From Tubiluchus corallicola (Eukaryota; Animalia; Priapulida), in assembly GCA_030141605.1 (NCBI GenBank), contig JAQGDQ010000002.1:2728001-2792000 (forward strand): a stretch of DNA of 64,000 bases. The letters are read 5' to 3'. A program made the translations under genes and the position numbers. Position 1 is the first letter of the stretch, and the number at the start of each line of letters is the position of its first letter. Under the pieces are notes generated by a model. It made no database searches. It was not told the DNA's origin and saw only the letters and a program-made list of their open reading frames with translations. Positions 11,788-24,798 of this stretch are shown piece by piece.

Positions 11788-14014
11788 ATGATGCGTTTGA
11801 TGGTCCTAGTTTTCTCTGCGGTTTTGGTCGCTGGCAGTGATTACAACCAGCCTTTCTACCAAGCAACCAGTGGCTTTGGCCAGTCGAGTGGTTATGGTTA
11901 TCAGGGAGATTACGAACCGGAACTGTACGGTTACGCAGGTTCCAGCGGTTACGGTAATACAGTCTATGGACCGGGAAGAGGATACGATATATATAATCAG
12001 GCCCTTGACTATGGACACCCACGTGGCTATGGTAGACCTGTTGAATATGGTTACGAAAACGCTGCAGGTTACGGTTATCCAGGATACCAACCACCAAACA
12101 ATCCATGCTATCCCAATCCATGTGAAAATGGAGGAACGTGCTCTGTAGATGGTTACTATGACTTCTTTTGCGAATGTCCATACGGCTTCATCGGCCAGAC
12201 GTGCGAAGATTCCAAATACCCAGGTAAGCAAACAAAAGATATTTAAAATTTAAAAAGGAGCTAATATTTTATTCAGTTACATAGTTACTGTTACATATGC
12301 CAACATGAATAAAAAGCGTTACAGAAAATTTGTTACACAACATTGTGTTATTATTATAAATTGATTGATCGCGTTTCATTTGTTGATACCTCGAGGTTAT
12401 GGCTACGCTCCAGGATACCATTATGGCTATCAACCACCAAGCGACCCATGCTATCCAAATCCATGTGAGAATGGAGGCACTTGCATTGCTGATGTCTATG
12501 ACTTCATTTGCGAATGTCTATATGGATTCACTGGTCAAACATGTGAAAATTCCATACAGCCAGGTATTGTAAAAATTTTGTTCAATAGTAGTTCACTCTA
12601 AACATGAACATTTTGCCATTTAGCACTAAGCTATTTAGTCATTGCCACAAATTGAGTCTCCTTTATTCAGGTTACGGTCCAGGCTACGATTATGGCAATC
12701 CACCATATGGGTTCCCAGGTTATGGCTACCAGGCACAAGATCCTTGCAATTCGAATCCTTGTCAGTATGGAGGTACCTGCACCTCGGAGGGTTACGACTA
12801 CACCTGTGAATGTACATACGGATATACAGGGGAGAACTGTGAAATTGGTAAAATTGTTTTCCTTATCAGAGGCGATTTAAATATTAATTAGCCACTTAGT
12901 TTTCATTGCCACAAACTGTGTCTCCTTTATTCAGGTTACGGTCCAGGCTACGATTATGGCAATCCACCATATGGGTTCCCAGGTTATGGCTACCAGGCGC
13001 AAGATCCTTGCAATTCGAATCCTTGTCAGTATGGCGGTACCTGCACCTCGGAGGGTTACGACTACACCTGTGAATGTACATATGGATATACAGGGGAGAA
13101 CTGTGAAACTCAAATTGGTAAAATTGTTTTCCTTATCAGAGGCTGATTTAAATATTAATTAGCCACTTAGTTTTCATTGCCATACTGATATACAGGGGAG
13201 TGTGAAACTAAATTGGTAAAATTGTTTTCCTTATCAGAGGCTGATTTAAATATTAATTAGCCACTTAGTTTTCCTTGCCATACGGATATACAGGGGAGTG
13301 TGAAACTAAATTGGTAAAATTGTTTTATCAGAGGCTGATTTAAATATTAATTAGCCACTTAGTTTTCATTGCCACAAACTGTGTCTCCTTTATTCAGGTT
13401 ACGGTCCAGGCTACAATTATGGCAATCCACCATATGGGTTCCCAGGTTATGGCTACCAGGCACAAGATCCTTGCAATTCAAATCCTTGTCAGTATGGCGG
13501 TACCTGCACCTCGGAGGGTTATGAATACACCTGTGAATGTGCATACGGATATACAGGGGAGAACTGTGAAACTCTAATTGGTAAAAATTTTCTTTACTTA
13601 TTACTCATTAATTTACTGCCATCTCAGAATAATTTACTGCCATCTCAGATTAATTTACTGCCATCTCAGAATATTTATTGCATCACCCTTTAATAAATTG
13701 CAGGCTATATACCCAACAGACCAAGTTATGGAGCAGGAACACCAGGATACGGAATCCACACTTATAGAGGGGACCAGTGCGATCCTAACCCTTGTCAAAA
13801 TGGCGGCACATGCGATCAAGTGAGTTATGACGATTACACCTGCATGTGCCCTTACGGCTACACTGGAGAAACTTGCGAGCAAGAGGTCAACTATGGTGGA
13901 TATGGACGCCGTAGAAGAGGTAGGAGACGTTTTGGTGGCAGGAGACGTTTTGGAGGTAGACTCCGAGGCCTACTTGGCAGATTCCGCAGAGGAAGTGGTC
14001 ATGGTGACGATTAA
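11788..14014 (+). CDS. Secreted Gly-Tyr-rich six-EGF-repeat protein with Arg/Gly tail (exons 11788-12223, 12396-12563, 12671-12847, 12935-13117, 13398-13580, 13704-14014; ~485 aa)
   Basis: Signal peptide MMRLMVLVFSAVLVAG; GY-rich N-terminus; six EGF modules (e.g. PCYPNPCENGGTC...CECPYGFIGQTCE), one per exon, all introns phase 1; tail GRRRRGRRRFGGRRRFGGRLRGLLGRFRRG; exon lengths sum to 1458 nt; AATAAA at ~14196. Confidence 0.9.
12630..13590 (+). repeat. Tandem exon+intron duplications (three full ~264-bp units plus two partial units)
   Basis: Near-identical exon copies at 12671, 12935 and 13398 with shared intron sequence; truncated copies at ~13186-13350. Confidence 0.92.
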
Positions 14015-14023
14015 TCAGACGGC

Positions 14024-14121
14024 GAGGTAGGAGACGTTTTGGTGGAGACGTTTTGGAGGTAGACTCCGAGGCCTACTTGGCAGATTCTGCAGAGGAAGTG
14101 GTCATGGTGACGATTAATCAG
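14024..14121 (+). repeat. Duplicate of the terminal coding segment (13917-14018) in the 3' UTR
   Basis: Near-identical direct repeat carrying a 4-nt deletion and one substitution. Confidence 0.9.
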
Positions 14122-14708
14122 TCAACGATACATAATTTATGAAAGTTAATACTGTAAAAAAATGTTTAATAATTTATGAATGTTAATACTGTAATAATAA
14201 AAATGTTAACTCCTAAAATGCAGGTTTAGCTGTTCTTTTTGAAATTGCAATCCTATAAAAGAAATGAGTAATACCAATAAAATCAAACCAATAAAATCAA
14301 ATCGGTTGAAAAAAATGAACATTTGAAAATTCCACCACATTTGGTCATTTCTCAGAAATGTGAATTCTCAACCATGCAAGCTTACTATAATCAAGATGTT
14401 CTTGCCTACAATTGATGTTGACAGTGAATACGTGCAGTTTTAAGGTTTAGGGTTTATGTTAAACTGAAAAATGGTTTACGTCACTTGTTTTATGAATATT
14501 TATTAACTTTCCAGTTTTAGTCACCATAATACACACTACCACTAATACATAATACCACTAGGCAGAGAATACATGCAGTGTAAGAAAACTGCGTAAAAAC
14601 AGTAAAAAATAAGAAATATCATTTTTGGTGCATTTAAATCAGCTTTATTTTTATTTACAAAAAAACAATGCAATTTGAGCTATACATGTACAAAAAATTA
14701 TTTGTATT

Positions 14709-17700
14709 CTAGAAACTTTCAGTGGATCGGCTGGCAACAGTTCGTAGATTACCATACACTTTCGAGGGTGGACTACCTAAAATTTAAGTAATATTAGCTG
14801 TAAATATATGCATAATGAAAACATTCATGTGATTGTAAAAGCCTAATTAAATGTACCTCAGAAATGAAAACAAGCTGGTTAGTAAGCTTAATTTCTCTGC
14901 TGGCTGGAATCAAAAAGCTAGCAGTACAATCCTAATTAAATGTACCTCAGAAATGAAAACAAGCTGGTTAGTAAGCTTAATTTCTCTGCTGGCTGGAATA
15001 AAAAAAACTAGCAGTAACAATCAATAATACTACACTGCATGTATCCTGCCATCTTGTGGCAGTAAAAGAAGATTCAGTGTCTGTCATAGACCTGTGGTGT
15101 GGACAAAAAAATGATAGCGAAAAAACTTGTTCAGATCACTTGTTTTTCAATGAATAAAGTCATACTTGCTTTGCTCAAATTAAATATGGGAGCCTTGTTA
15201 TAGAGCTCGTGCCTTTGACAAATTGAATTTTAATAAAATATTGAGTGCGATTGCCTAATCTTGAGTGCCTAACTACCTGCAAGATTAGAGTACCTTACAC
15301 CTGTACACAGCTGTGCAGTTTTATCAATGCAGTCACAAAGCTAACAAGGAGTCTATACTGCCATGCTCAACTGAATAGTCCAGGTAGTCCCAATATCTAG
15401 TAAAAGAACTTCTACTAAGAAGCTGCTTATGATGTTACACACTTCTAACAGCAGATCAATAACACTTGCAAGATTCACTCTCATTAATGTAACATGCTTA
15501 CACCATATTATAACATTTAAGAAAGTGTATGATCAAAGGATGCAGAGCTCACATTTCCAGCTGCAATCTCATTGTATATATTATTACAAAACAAAAACTT
15601 TCTTAGCAGAATTTCCTTCAGCTTAAACAGTGATTAAAGGAAAGCCTCGGTTCTTGTTATACATACATGAATAGTGTGGTTAAAAGAAATATAGAAAACT
15701 TACCTAATATTAAATTGCAGACTGCTGTTCTGGCTATTTTTGCATTTTGATAGGAACCAAGAATGTGTATTTTCCTAAAAAGAAGTATAAATTTATGGCA
15801 GAATTTATAAAAATTTATGAAATGTGAGTAATATATGGGAAGTGTTAGTGAAAAACACAAGATTTTCTCAACTCAGCTAGGGCTGTCTGAAAGCAATCCA
15901 AGAAATCAGGGGTAAGCTAGGTAGGAAGCAGAGGAAAGAGAGCTATTTCCTGGCTTCTGAAGTATATTTTCAAATCAATTTATGCTAATGGCAAAAACTT
16001 TTTTTGAAAACTATTCATTTAAACTGAAACATTTATAAATAAGTGCGTTCAACTTTTTCGTTTATTTGTCAGCATATATACTGTAACATCTAAAATGCTA
16101 AATGATACGATTACACGACCAATAAATGTACAATTAGTTTTACTACTATTCAGGACAAATCATAGACATTATTATTTAAAAACTGGTATGTTAGTTGGTA
16201 GTGGTATAGCAGGTTCGAGAAACAGGGAACATTTCATCCGTAGGCCAATAAATGATTATCGGAAATTTTGCACTGAGCAACATGGCAACGTTTCTCTTAT
16301 AAGCACTTGTAACAACTAAGGCCAATTAAAATTAATTACTTTCTTATCATCTGCATTATTACCTGTTTTACATTTTGGGGCTGGAGCATCTTTGATATTT
16401 GATATTTTTGAATTGGTATAATCATCATTGCAAAAACTTCCACTTTCTGAACTGTAGACTTTGCTGTAGAAAAACATGACTGTGGAGAAATTTTGCAATT
16501 CAAAAGTGAGAAGTAAAGAGGTCTGAGCTCAAAGCCAAAAAACTGGCTGTGGATGATAATCAAGTAATTAATATTATGTAGCCTAAAATGAAATAATCTA
16601 GCAAAAGTCCATGAAAATATACTCTTCTATGTACCTGGCCATTAAGTGGTAAAGTGCCATTTCCTAGATTGTGAATAGGAAAGATTTACAGATGGTTTTA
16701 GTATTAATTCGGTATGAAATAAAATAGCTACCACAATCACATGACTCTTTTATTGTACAGTAGCAGTAGAGTAGAAATCAAATGGACATTTCGACATTCT
16801 CTTAATGCCATCGACTCACGTTTTTCTGCTGAGGGTGGCATGAAGACAATGCTGAAACATACAGTTGGTTTCTACTAGAGTGATGATTGCAATAAAACTA
16901 TCATGTTCAATGGCTGATGTAACTACTTTATTTATCTTAAAGTTAACATTTCCAAGTGATAAAGATAATTCAGAATGTCTACTGACTTTTGTAAGTCACT
17001 GTAAGCAATAAGGACTCATCCACAACCATCAACTGAACTAATAAAGTAATTTTTAAAGCTGGTGTTCTTCAACCTAAAACACTATACTAGTGTGCATAAA
17101 CTACATTACGTATACTACACTATAGATAAAATACTCTAAATTAGAGAATCCACTCACAGCATCATGCTGAAATAAGTGAAAGTCTTCCTGTTAAATGATT
17201 AGTGTTACAGTTCTCAAACTTACGAGTCTGCTAAAACTATCCTGGTTTTTGTAACATTCTCTATTGTAAATTTCGTCTTGCCGCCTTTGCCTGCAATCCG
17301 ACCAATAGCTCGAGACAAGTGATCACCTTTGAGTGGTTTAACTATAATATGAGCAACGTACATTAAACATTTTTAGTATGCACAAATTACACATATAAAA
17401 GTTGCAAATTTGATATTAGCACAATGACTGTGTGCAGGCCTACAAGAACTGATCCTAGCTATTTGGTGATTTGATGTGTGTTAGCTAGTACTTTTGCACA
17501 ATAATATTTGTTAGTAAACTATTTGATATTTCATTGATTATTTATGAGATGTAAATTTTGGCCTTGGGTTTAAACTCAGGGCTTGATGGTCATGATTCGT
17601 CAGTCATCATTTCATGATGTCTGTTATGTGGTTGTGTTGTCATGACAATAAATCTAACCATTTATAAATTATGAAACAAATATATTTTGCAGATTTTACC

Positions 17701-20700
17701 TATTATAGAAAAAAATTGGTCGTACTGAACAGCAAACTGGTTTTTAAACCAGATGTTCACAACTATAGTTTTTATAAAAGCAATTCCAGACTGCATTAAA
17801 TACTTCTATAATGGAGCAGGTTTTATGGTGCAAATTTTATTGTAATAAAAATCTTGCTAAAAGTTATTTAGAATACATCACGAAAATACTATTTTAGAAG
17901 CAAAAATTTTAGTTTGTTATTAATACCTGCAATCTTATCATTGTCAGCAATAGAAAATGGCATGAAATTTATAGTTTAGCAATTTGAGAATTAATGCAGT
18001 TCAAAACGTAAATAATATAAAAGTAAAATAGACTATAATGCAGTTCAAAATGTAAATAATGTAAAAATAAAACAGATTATCATTAGATATTGTTCTCACC
18101 ATCAACAACTTCAAAAGAATCAAGGAAAAGATCATCAAGTCTGACTAGAGCTAGTGCATCATCAACATCAAATCCAAGCGTAAAAGCTCGCACAAAATCT
18201 GCCGCTTTTTGTAATGCTCCAATATCTTTGGTTTCTTGACAGTTCTGCAAGAACAAATAATGTAAAAAATTGGTCACAAAGTGGCCTACTATGCCAACAT
18301 AGCTAATTAGCCATTTAGGTACTTGACAATATTACTGCAAGTTATAAACTTCTTCAAAAAGAAGTCTTGATAAGCGATAATTAAAATCACCACTAATCTT
18401 ATAAACAGTGGAATTACCACTGATGGCCGTGATTGTGAGCATTAAGTAAACATTTAATTTTGCTCAAAGTAATAAACTTCTAAGGACAAACAAATAACTA
18501 TTTTATTGCTATTCGATTTGGCCACATATTTTACTTTTTGCAACAAAATTCATTCAAGATGCTAATAATTAACATTAAAAATAATTCTTTACCTTTATCT
18601 CTACACAGCGAGTCTTCAAATTAAACCTGACTTGAAGACTGAGATACTCGACTATAGTACTGTAAATTTTTAACCAGTTTTCTTTAAGAGGTGAGTAACG
18701 ATGTGGTGGTACAGATACTTTTCTCATTTCATATTTACCAGTCTGTAATAAAAGTAAGAAGTAAATGAAATAGAAAAAGAATTAAGTGAACTGATGTGCA
18801 CGTGCCAAAATAACAGAATTCTAGAAACATGATATCTAAGACATTATACCATTAGCAAAAATACCATTATTTAATAGCTCACAAATATATCATTTTACAG
18901 TAAGTAAGAGTGTCAATAATTTACGCACTTAAAATAATGGTAGATTTCTCCAGAGTCAAAACTGCCTTTGTCATGCCTACTAAGTCACTTGCATTTGCAA
19001 GTGTTATCCCTCTCTCCAATGCAATGCAAAAATAAAAGCTTGTGTTATTTTCCATAAATTTGACATTGATGAAGTTTCATTGATATGTAAGCCTGTAACC
19101 TAATAATCATTGAAGTAATTTTAACATCAATCAGTGGCCCAACACTTTTTGCAAGGACAAGAAGTCTTCCACGCTATTCACTGAGACCTTAAGAAGTTTT
19201 CAACTTGTTGATGTTAGGAATTTCTAAAGCCAAAAATCTAGTGTTTCAGGACTTTGTACAGTAACAAAATTTAAAAAGTATACTTGGACATCATTAGATC
19301 ATCTACAAAATACTATCTGCACAGTTCCCGAATGCTTCCAAAATGTCCTTAATTGCTGGAAAATGTATCAGCGGTCAGGGTTCCACCCCGAACCATACTG
19401 GAGGGATCTTAACAGCAAGAGGATTGCCCCAGACCTTCTAGCTGGAACTTCGTTGAAGTTTACAACTGGATTTGTAAACTACTTCATAAATCTCCCGCTT
19501 TATTTTTGGGGAACCTTGGCAATTCTACTTTGTCATGCTACCCTCACTAAAATAGGCCGACTGTATTATATAACTTGTCAAATTTTCTGAGTCACATGCG
19601 AGAAACAAATCATACTTATATATCTCACATTCAAGAAACATAGGCCTTAAATTAGCAAATTTTGCAAATGTTGGTAAGAAATCATAATGCCAATAGTACT
19701 ACGAAAAAACCATCACAGTAGGGAGCCGTGTCTGTTCTGGGTCACTAGCCCTACATAACCCTATAAACCTAAGTCAAAGCTATACATACAAACTGCAGAT
19801 GCACCAATGACCAATTGTTTTAAGGCATCTTTGAGAAGGGCTGCAACCGAGTTCAACTCTAGGTCCTTATAACTTTGTAAGGTAAATTCAAGCACGTAAT
19901 GAGTTAAAACATTAAATGAGTTAACAATAGAACTGGTCTCTGATAGGTCTAAAAACTTGCTCCTGGCTTGCAGGTCCAGAAACAGAAAACTTTAAAGATA
20001 TGTTAATTTAAGTTTTAGTTTATCACAATTAACACACAGTAAGTCCTCGCTTAATGACGCTAAAGCATTCCAGCAAAATGCGAAGTTAAGCGAAAGGTCT
20101 TTAAACGAAGACTTCTAAAGAAAGTAATGTAAAAGAAATGAGATACGTTCCAAAGGCAAAAATCTATGCTATTTAATTTACATAAATTAAACATTTTACG
20201 AGTTTTATTCATGTTTCTACTGATTAATTGCGTTCTGCTTGCTTGAAACTTCCTATCTTTCTCAATACCTAGGTAGCCTTACTTTTGAAACCCTAGCAAA
20301 GCAGTTAAGTTTGCGGCTGAACACTGCATAGTAAAAGTCAAGCCCTCAGGGTGGTTTTGAGACAATTTCGTCTAGATACTGTTTGGCATAGCAACATGCT
20401 GCAGGCAAAATCACTTGCACAAAGTTTGCCACCAGGTGCCCACAAACATATCTCGCTTTAATATACAAGTGGCTAAAACGCAGTCAGAAAGCCAAAATAT
20501 AAATAATAATTGTACTGTTTTAAGTTACTAGTGTGTTTTTAGAGCAGAATCATGCAAATTATACTGCTTTAATGCTTCAAATTAGGCAAAAATGTCGCTA
20601 ATAAAATAAAAAATGGCTTTAAGCAAAGTAAAAAAATCGTTGTTAAAATGTAACATGCGTATGAGAAAAAGGTGTCAAATGCTAAGTGTCATTAAAATGA

Positions 20701-23700
20701 AACGTCGCTAAACAGGGAGTCGTTAAGTGAGGACTTACTGCAATGCCAATATATTATAATATTATAGCGCATAAACAAAGTTGTTTTCAAGTTCAGTTTT
20801 CCTAAGTTCTATAATTCATCCGCCCAAATTATTAGATAATATAATGTCAATAATTAATTAATGATTAGCGCCAGTATACAAGCAAAGTGTACAAAGAGGA
20901 AGTGACGAAAGGCACCTATTGTTACGTATTTCATTTTTGCGATTAGCGGCTATGCTGGCGGCATCAAACGGCGAATCAGTAAAAAATTTGGAGCGCCGCA
21001 TTGACTGTAATAATAATATTATTAAGTTCACCAGTAGTGTTGGCATACGTGCAATTTTGATAAGCCAAAATCACTTTTGCATTTTTAATAAAAGAAGTAT
21101 ATCTCAATTAAAAGCAATTATTAGTTTAAAAAAACTGAAAACATTTCATGAAAAGGAAAAAAAATGTAGCAATAAGCATTATGTACTTGCAAATGCCTGT
21201 TCAGTTTTCTTGTAAGTAAAATTTTATTGTTTTTCCTGAGGAAAGAGGCTAGCTGACTGCGTGATGGGCTGCCTACTATGTAAAAAAGTAATGCATTTTT
21301 ATTGATTCATTGATTTTTCTCTCCCTCCCTCTCTTAGAGAGAAAGACAGGGAGAGAGAGAGAGTTAAAAGAAAGACGGAACTATGAATTTTATTTCACAC
21401 ATCAAAATACAATATTGTACACATAAATCAACAATAAATAAAATGATTTGAGTAGTGTGAGGTGAGTGTACGACCATACGGTCATTAACACACTCACCTT
21501 ACTTAAATGAAAATGAAAAAATTATTAAAGATATGCGTGCTTTTGTAGATGACTCAATGAAATTGATGTAATAAAGTAAATAATGTAATAATAATAAGGA
21601 AACATAAGAAAAATATAATATGGAATTACAATTTTGATATAAATATTGAAATAATTTTGAAATAAAGTAAATGATGTAATAAATAGCAAGGAAACATAAG
21701 GAAAACATAATATGTAATTACGATTTTGATATAGGCTGCGATGAATGAATAATTTCATTTAAATTGATTTATACCTTACTAATAAAGTAACAAAGGTCGT
21801 AATGGTACCTATTAGCAAAAGAAAAACATTAGTGCAAAAAATGACCAAATTCAAGCTGTCATATCGTCCATGCATAACTCAATATGAGAAAAACATGTAA
21901 AATAATAACAATAATACTAAATAAAAATAATAAAAACAAACTAAATAAAATGAAAAGCAAGCTAGCCAAACAGAAATTTAAACAAACTTTCAAATAGGGA
22001 ACTGAATCAAGCTGCAAAGTACATGCATTAAAATAATACTAAAGAGTCTAATTAATAAACAAAACAAAAGAACATTATACAAGTACATTTTTTACACGTA
22101 AGCAAACTGTATTTAATGAACATTTATTTTGATGTAAGCCTAACTGAATCTTAAAAAATTAGGCCAAATATAAGTAATGTCTGCACATGATATTATAAGG
22201 TATTACGACACGCGTGCAGATTCTAATTTATGCTTCTCGCCTGAATTCTTTAACTAGGTTTTGACATAGTTAGTTGGTTGTTATAGAGGTGGAAGTTATG
22301 TCGGCTGCTTAGGATGACAGCTCTGATGTTTCCTTCAGTTATTTTTTGTTCACTGATAATAAAAAAGAGGAGTAATGTCGTAAATGCATCTCTGCTTGTT
22401 CAACGTAATTTTATAACTAACTCCATCTCATAACAAAGGCCAATGTATGATTATATGCTTTTTAAACATTTTTTAACTTGGAAACAAAACATGCAGATGC
22501 TTAGATTAAGTTTTGTTCTGGAAAATTACTTGCTCTTCTGAAATAATCGATTTTTTTTTCTATGAAAAGTATTACACATGAAAGTCAGGCCTAATATTTC
22601 TTCAAGTTGTATTTCCTGATAAGAACATATGAAATAGAAATGTTTTTTAGAAAAAATATTTCTCCAGAAATCGAATACTACATGAGCCAGGTATTTGCAA
22701 ACTTTCTTTTTGATCAACTTTCTTAACTTCTTTTGTAAATAAGCCTATTAATTTTTATGAGATATGATTATAATAATTTTTATTTTAACTACAAATTATT
22801 CTTAATGCCTTATGCTTGCTTTAAATAATATTCAAAAATATAACAGCTGCTATAAATCGCCAAAGAGAGATGTAGGCCTTGCAGTCTTTGCTTAGCGTAC
22901 AAAATATTTAACTAGTAACAAAAGTTTTTCAAAACTGTGTTATAATTAACATTTTATTATTATTACCTGGCTGCATCCTTCTATATATTCTTCCCTATTT
23001 TCACCGTATTTAGAATACAGCATACTTACCTATGGCTCAGCACCCCATTCCACATTATATCCTCTAATTACAAATCAAAATAAATTTATAAAGCTTTGGA
23101 CAAATACAAATAGAAGAGCCCATGTTACACCTTTATACCACCAGCATAAAATCTTAAAACTTCAGGATATATATAAATTAGAGATGGCCAAATTTTTATA
23201 TAGGTTTAAACACAATATGCTTCCTGAAATTTTTCAGAATTATTACAAATCTGTAGCCCAGATGCACGAGTATCATACACGATTTGCCACTAACCAAACT
23301 TTCTATGTACAAAGATTTAATACTAACAAAGGGCAAAGATCTCTATCTTATCAAGGTGCTTTGTTGTGGAACAGCCTGTCTAATGAACTAAAAAATGGCA
23401 CCTTTAGCAATTTGATAATTAACTATAAATCCTTTCTTATTTCTAATTACCATGTGTGACTTTTCTGCTAAGATTAAATCTGATAAATCTTCCCTGTTAG
23501 TGTTAATGTATTACTCTTGAGCTAATCTATTAACTATAATTATATTACCATACTATATCTTCTCATCAAAGTGTAAAATTGTTATTATTTCTTCGCAACT
23601 ATGAAAAGGGAAGGTAAACAATAATCTTCAAATAAATCAAGCAACTACAACAGTATTCTCATACTTAATGTTTTATAGCTGTGCCTGCTCCAATTATGTT

Positions 23701-24798
23701 TTTACTACCATATTATGCTATTCTTACTTCATATATATTCACTTTATTATGATTATTTTGCTCATTGTTTCACAGTTATTATTAAGTTTTTATTATATTT
23801 TGTTTGAGTTTATTACTACATATTTTGTTTCTTTCACTGATTTATTATTTGTGTTTTTTTTTGGTTTGACTTTTTTCTAGTTTTTTTGTTTTAATCGGTT
23901 AGTTAAATGCTTTACATATTTTGTTAATCATCATTTCATATTTTTCATTTTATTTCTTTATCGCATAGCTTACTTAGTTGTTTTGCTTTCATGTTTAATG
24001 TATCCCCACCATAAATTCATGTTAACAGCAGCACCACAAATTTTTTTACAATTTTCACTAACCTGAGAAGGGTAGCTGACTCGATGACCAATTGGTCTTT
24101 CGCTACCCTTTCTCCTGCACCCCCCTTAACTCTTTCCTTTATGCTTAATTTATCATTTTTAATCAATAACTAAAAAATAATAATTAGTAAATTTGTATAC
24201 ATGTGTAAATGAGGAGATAAATAAAAATGTCTATGTCTATGTCTAACAGGATAATAATAAATTAATACACGATTAATTTTTTAGATTTACTAGATACAGT
24301 TAATTTATTTTCCTGTAGCTGACTGGATGAGCGCTATTACACTTCTGTACATTACTTTTTCTTTTTTACCTCAGAGTTTTGCTTACTTTTATGTTACAGT
24401 TTTTGCATCCCGATGAATGGTTTGCTGTAATTATTTCTACTTTTCTCTGTGTTTTTAGCTTAATAACATAATTGTGGCAGAGAGGCTAGTGTGAACTGCC
24501 TGAACCACCTAAGCCAAAACTAATCATAATTCTCACAAACAAAATCTAACAGCAACCGAAATCTGATGCAAAGGCCCTAGCTTAAAAACTAGTAGGGGCC
24601 CTTACAAACCTTTAATTTGCTAGCTTTTAGAGGAGGAAACTCCGGTCTTTGTATACTACCATTCTTCGAATCTTCATCCATTTTGGCTAAGATTTCTCTA
24701 TGTTTTCTTTTTCGGCTGACTTTCGAAACAACATCTACAAAACCATCATTTACTTCCATTCCTGATGGTCCAACACTGTTCTTGGTAGAAGTTGCCAT
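14709..24798 (-). CDS. PNO1: RNA-binding protein PNO1/Dim2, KH-domain 40S biogenesis factor (exons 24798-24610, 18742-18593, 18244-18100, 17341-17224, 15774-15704, 14776-14709; 246 aa)
   Basis: Conserved motifs [114 protein letters not shown]; GT-AG introns; 741 nt in frame. Confidence 0.97.
14841..15020. repeat. ~90-bp tandem duplication in the last PNO1 intron
   Basis: cctaattaaatgtacctcagaaatgaaaacaagctgg... occurs twice head-to-tail. Confidence 0.9.
20037..20740. mobile_element. Tigger/pogo-like (Tc1-mariner) MITE
   Basis: TIRs CAGTAAGTCCTCGCTTAATGAC...GTCGTTAAGTGAGGACTTACTG; both flanks are CA rather than TA; no ORF. Confidence 0.75.
21378..21499 (-). mobile_element. LINE/SINE 3' end remnant
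   Basis: Hairpin AGGTGAGTGT...ACACTCACCT with inner ATGACC-GGTC, then AATAAA on the minus strand; same layout as 24068-24245. Confidence 0.5.
23010..24245 (+). mobile_element. 5'-truncated CR1/L2-group LINE (ORF2 C-terminus, 3' UTR and tail)
   Basis: [27 protein letters not shown]...HEYHTR...[20 protein letters not shown] is typical of non-LTR ORF2 ends; stem-loop 24068-24110; AATAAA plus (TGTCTA)3 tail. Confidence 0.8.

Noticed and set aside
12630-13680. Regularly spaced direct repeats, superficially CRISPR-like
   Set aside because: Eukaryotic exon/intron duplications and a 21-bp minisatellite (~13610-13675); no unique spacers or cas genes.
11786-13882. Overlapping antisense and alternate-frame ORFs over the EGF gene
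   Set aside because: Shadows of repetitive, GC-richer coding exons.
13905-14000. RRFG repeats as an RFamide neuropeptide precursor
   Set aside because: Pattern is RRR-FGG-RR; cleavage would leave only 2-3 residues, not X-RF-G-K/R peptides.
17575-17615. ATGATGA...CTGA on the minus strand in a PNO1 intron
   Set aside because: Boxes only ~36 nt apart with no terminal stem; too short for a C/D snoRNA.
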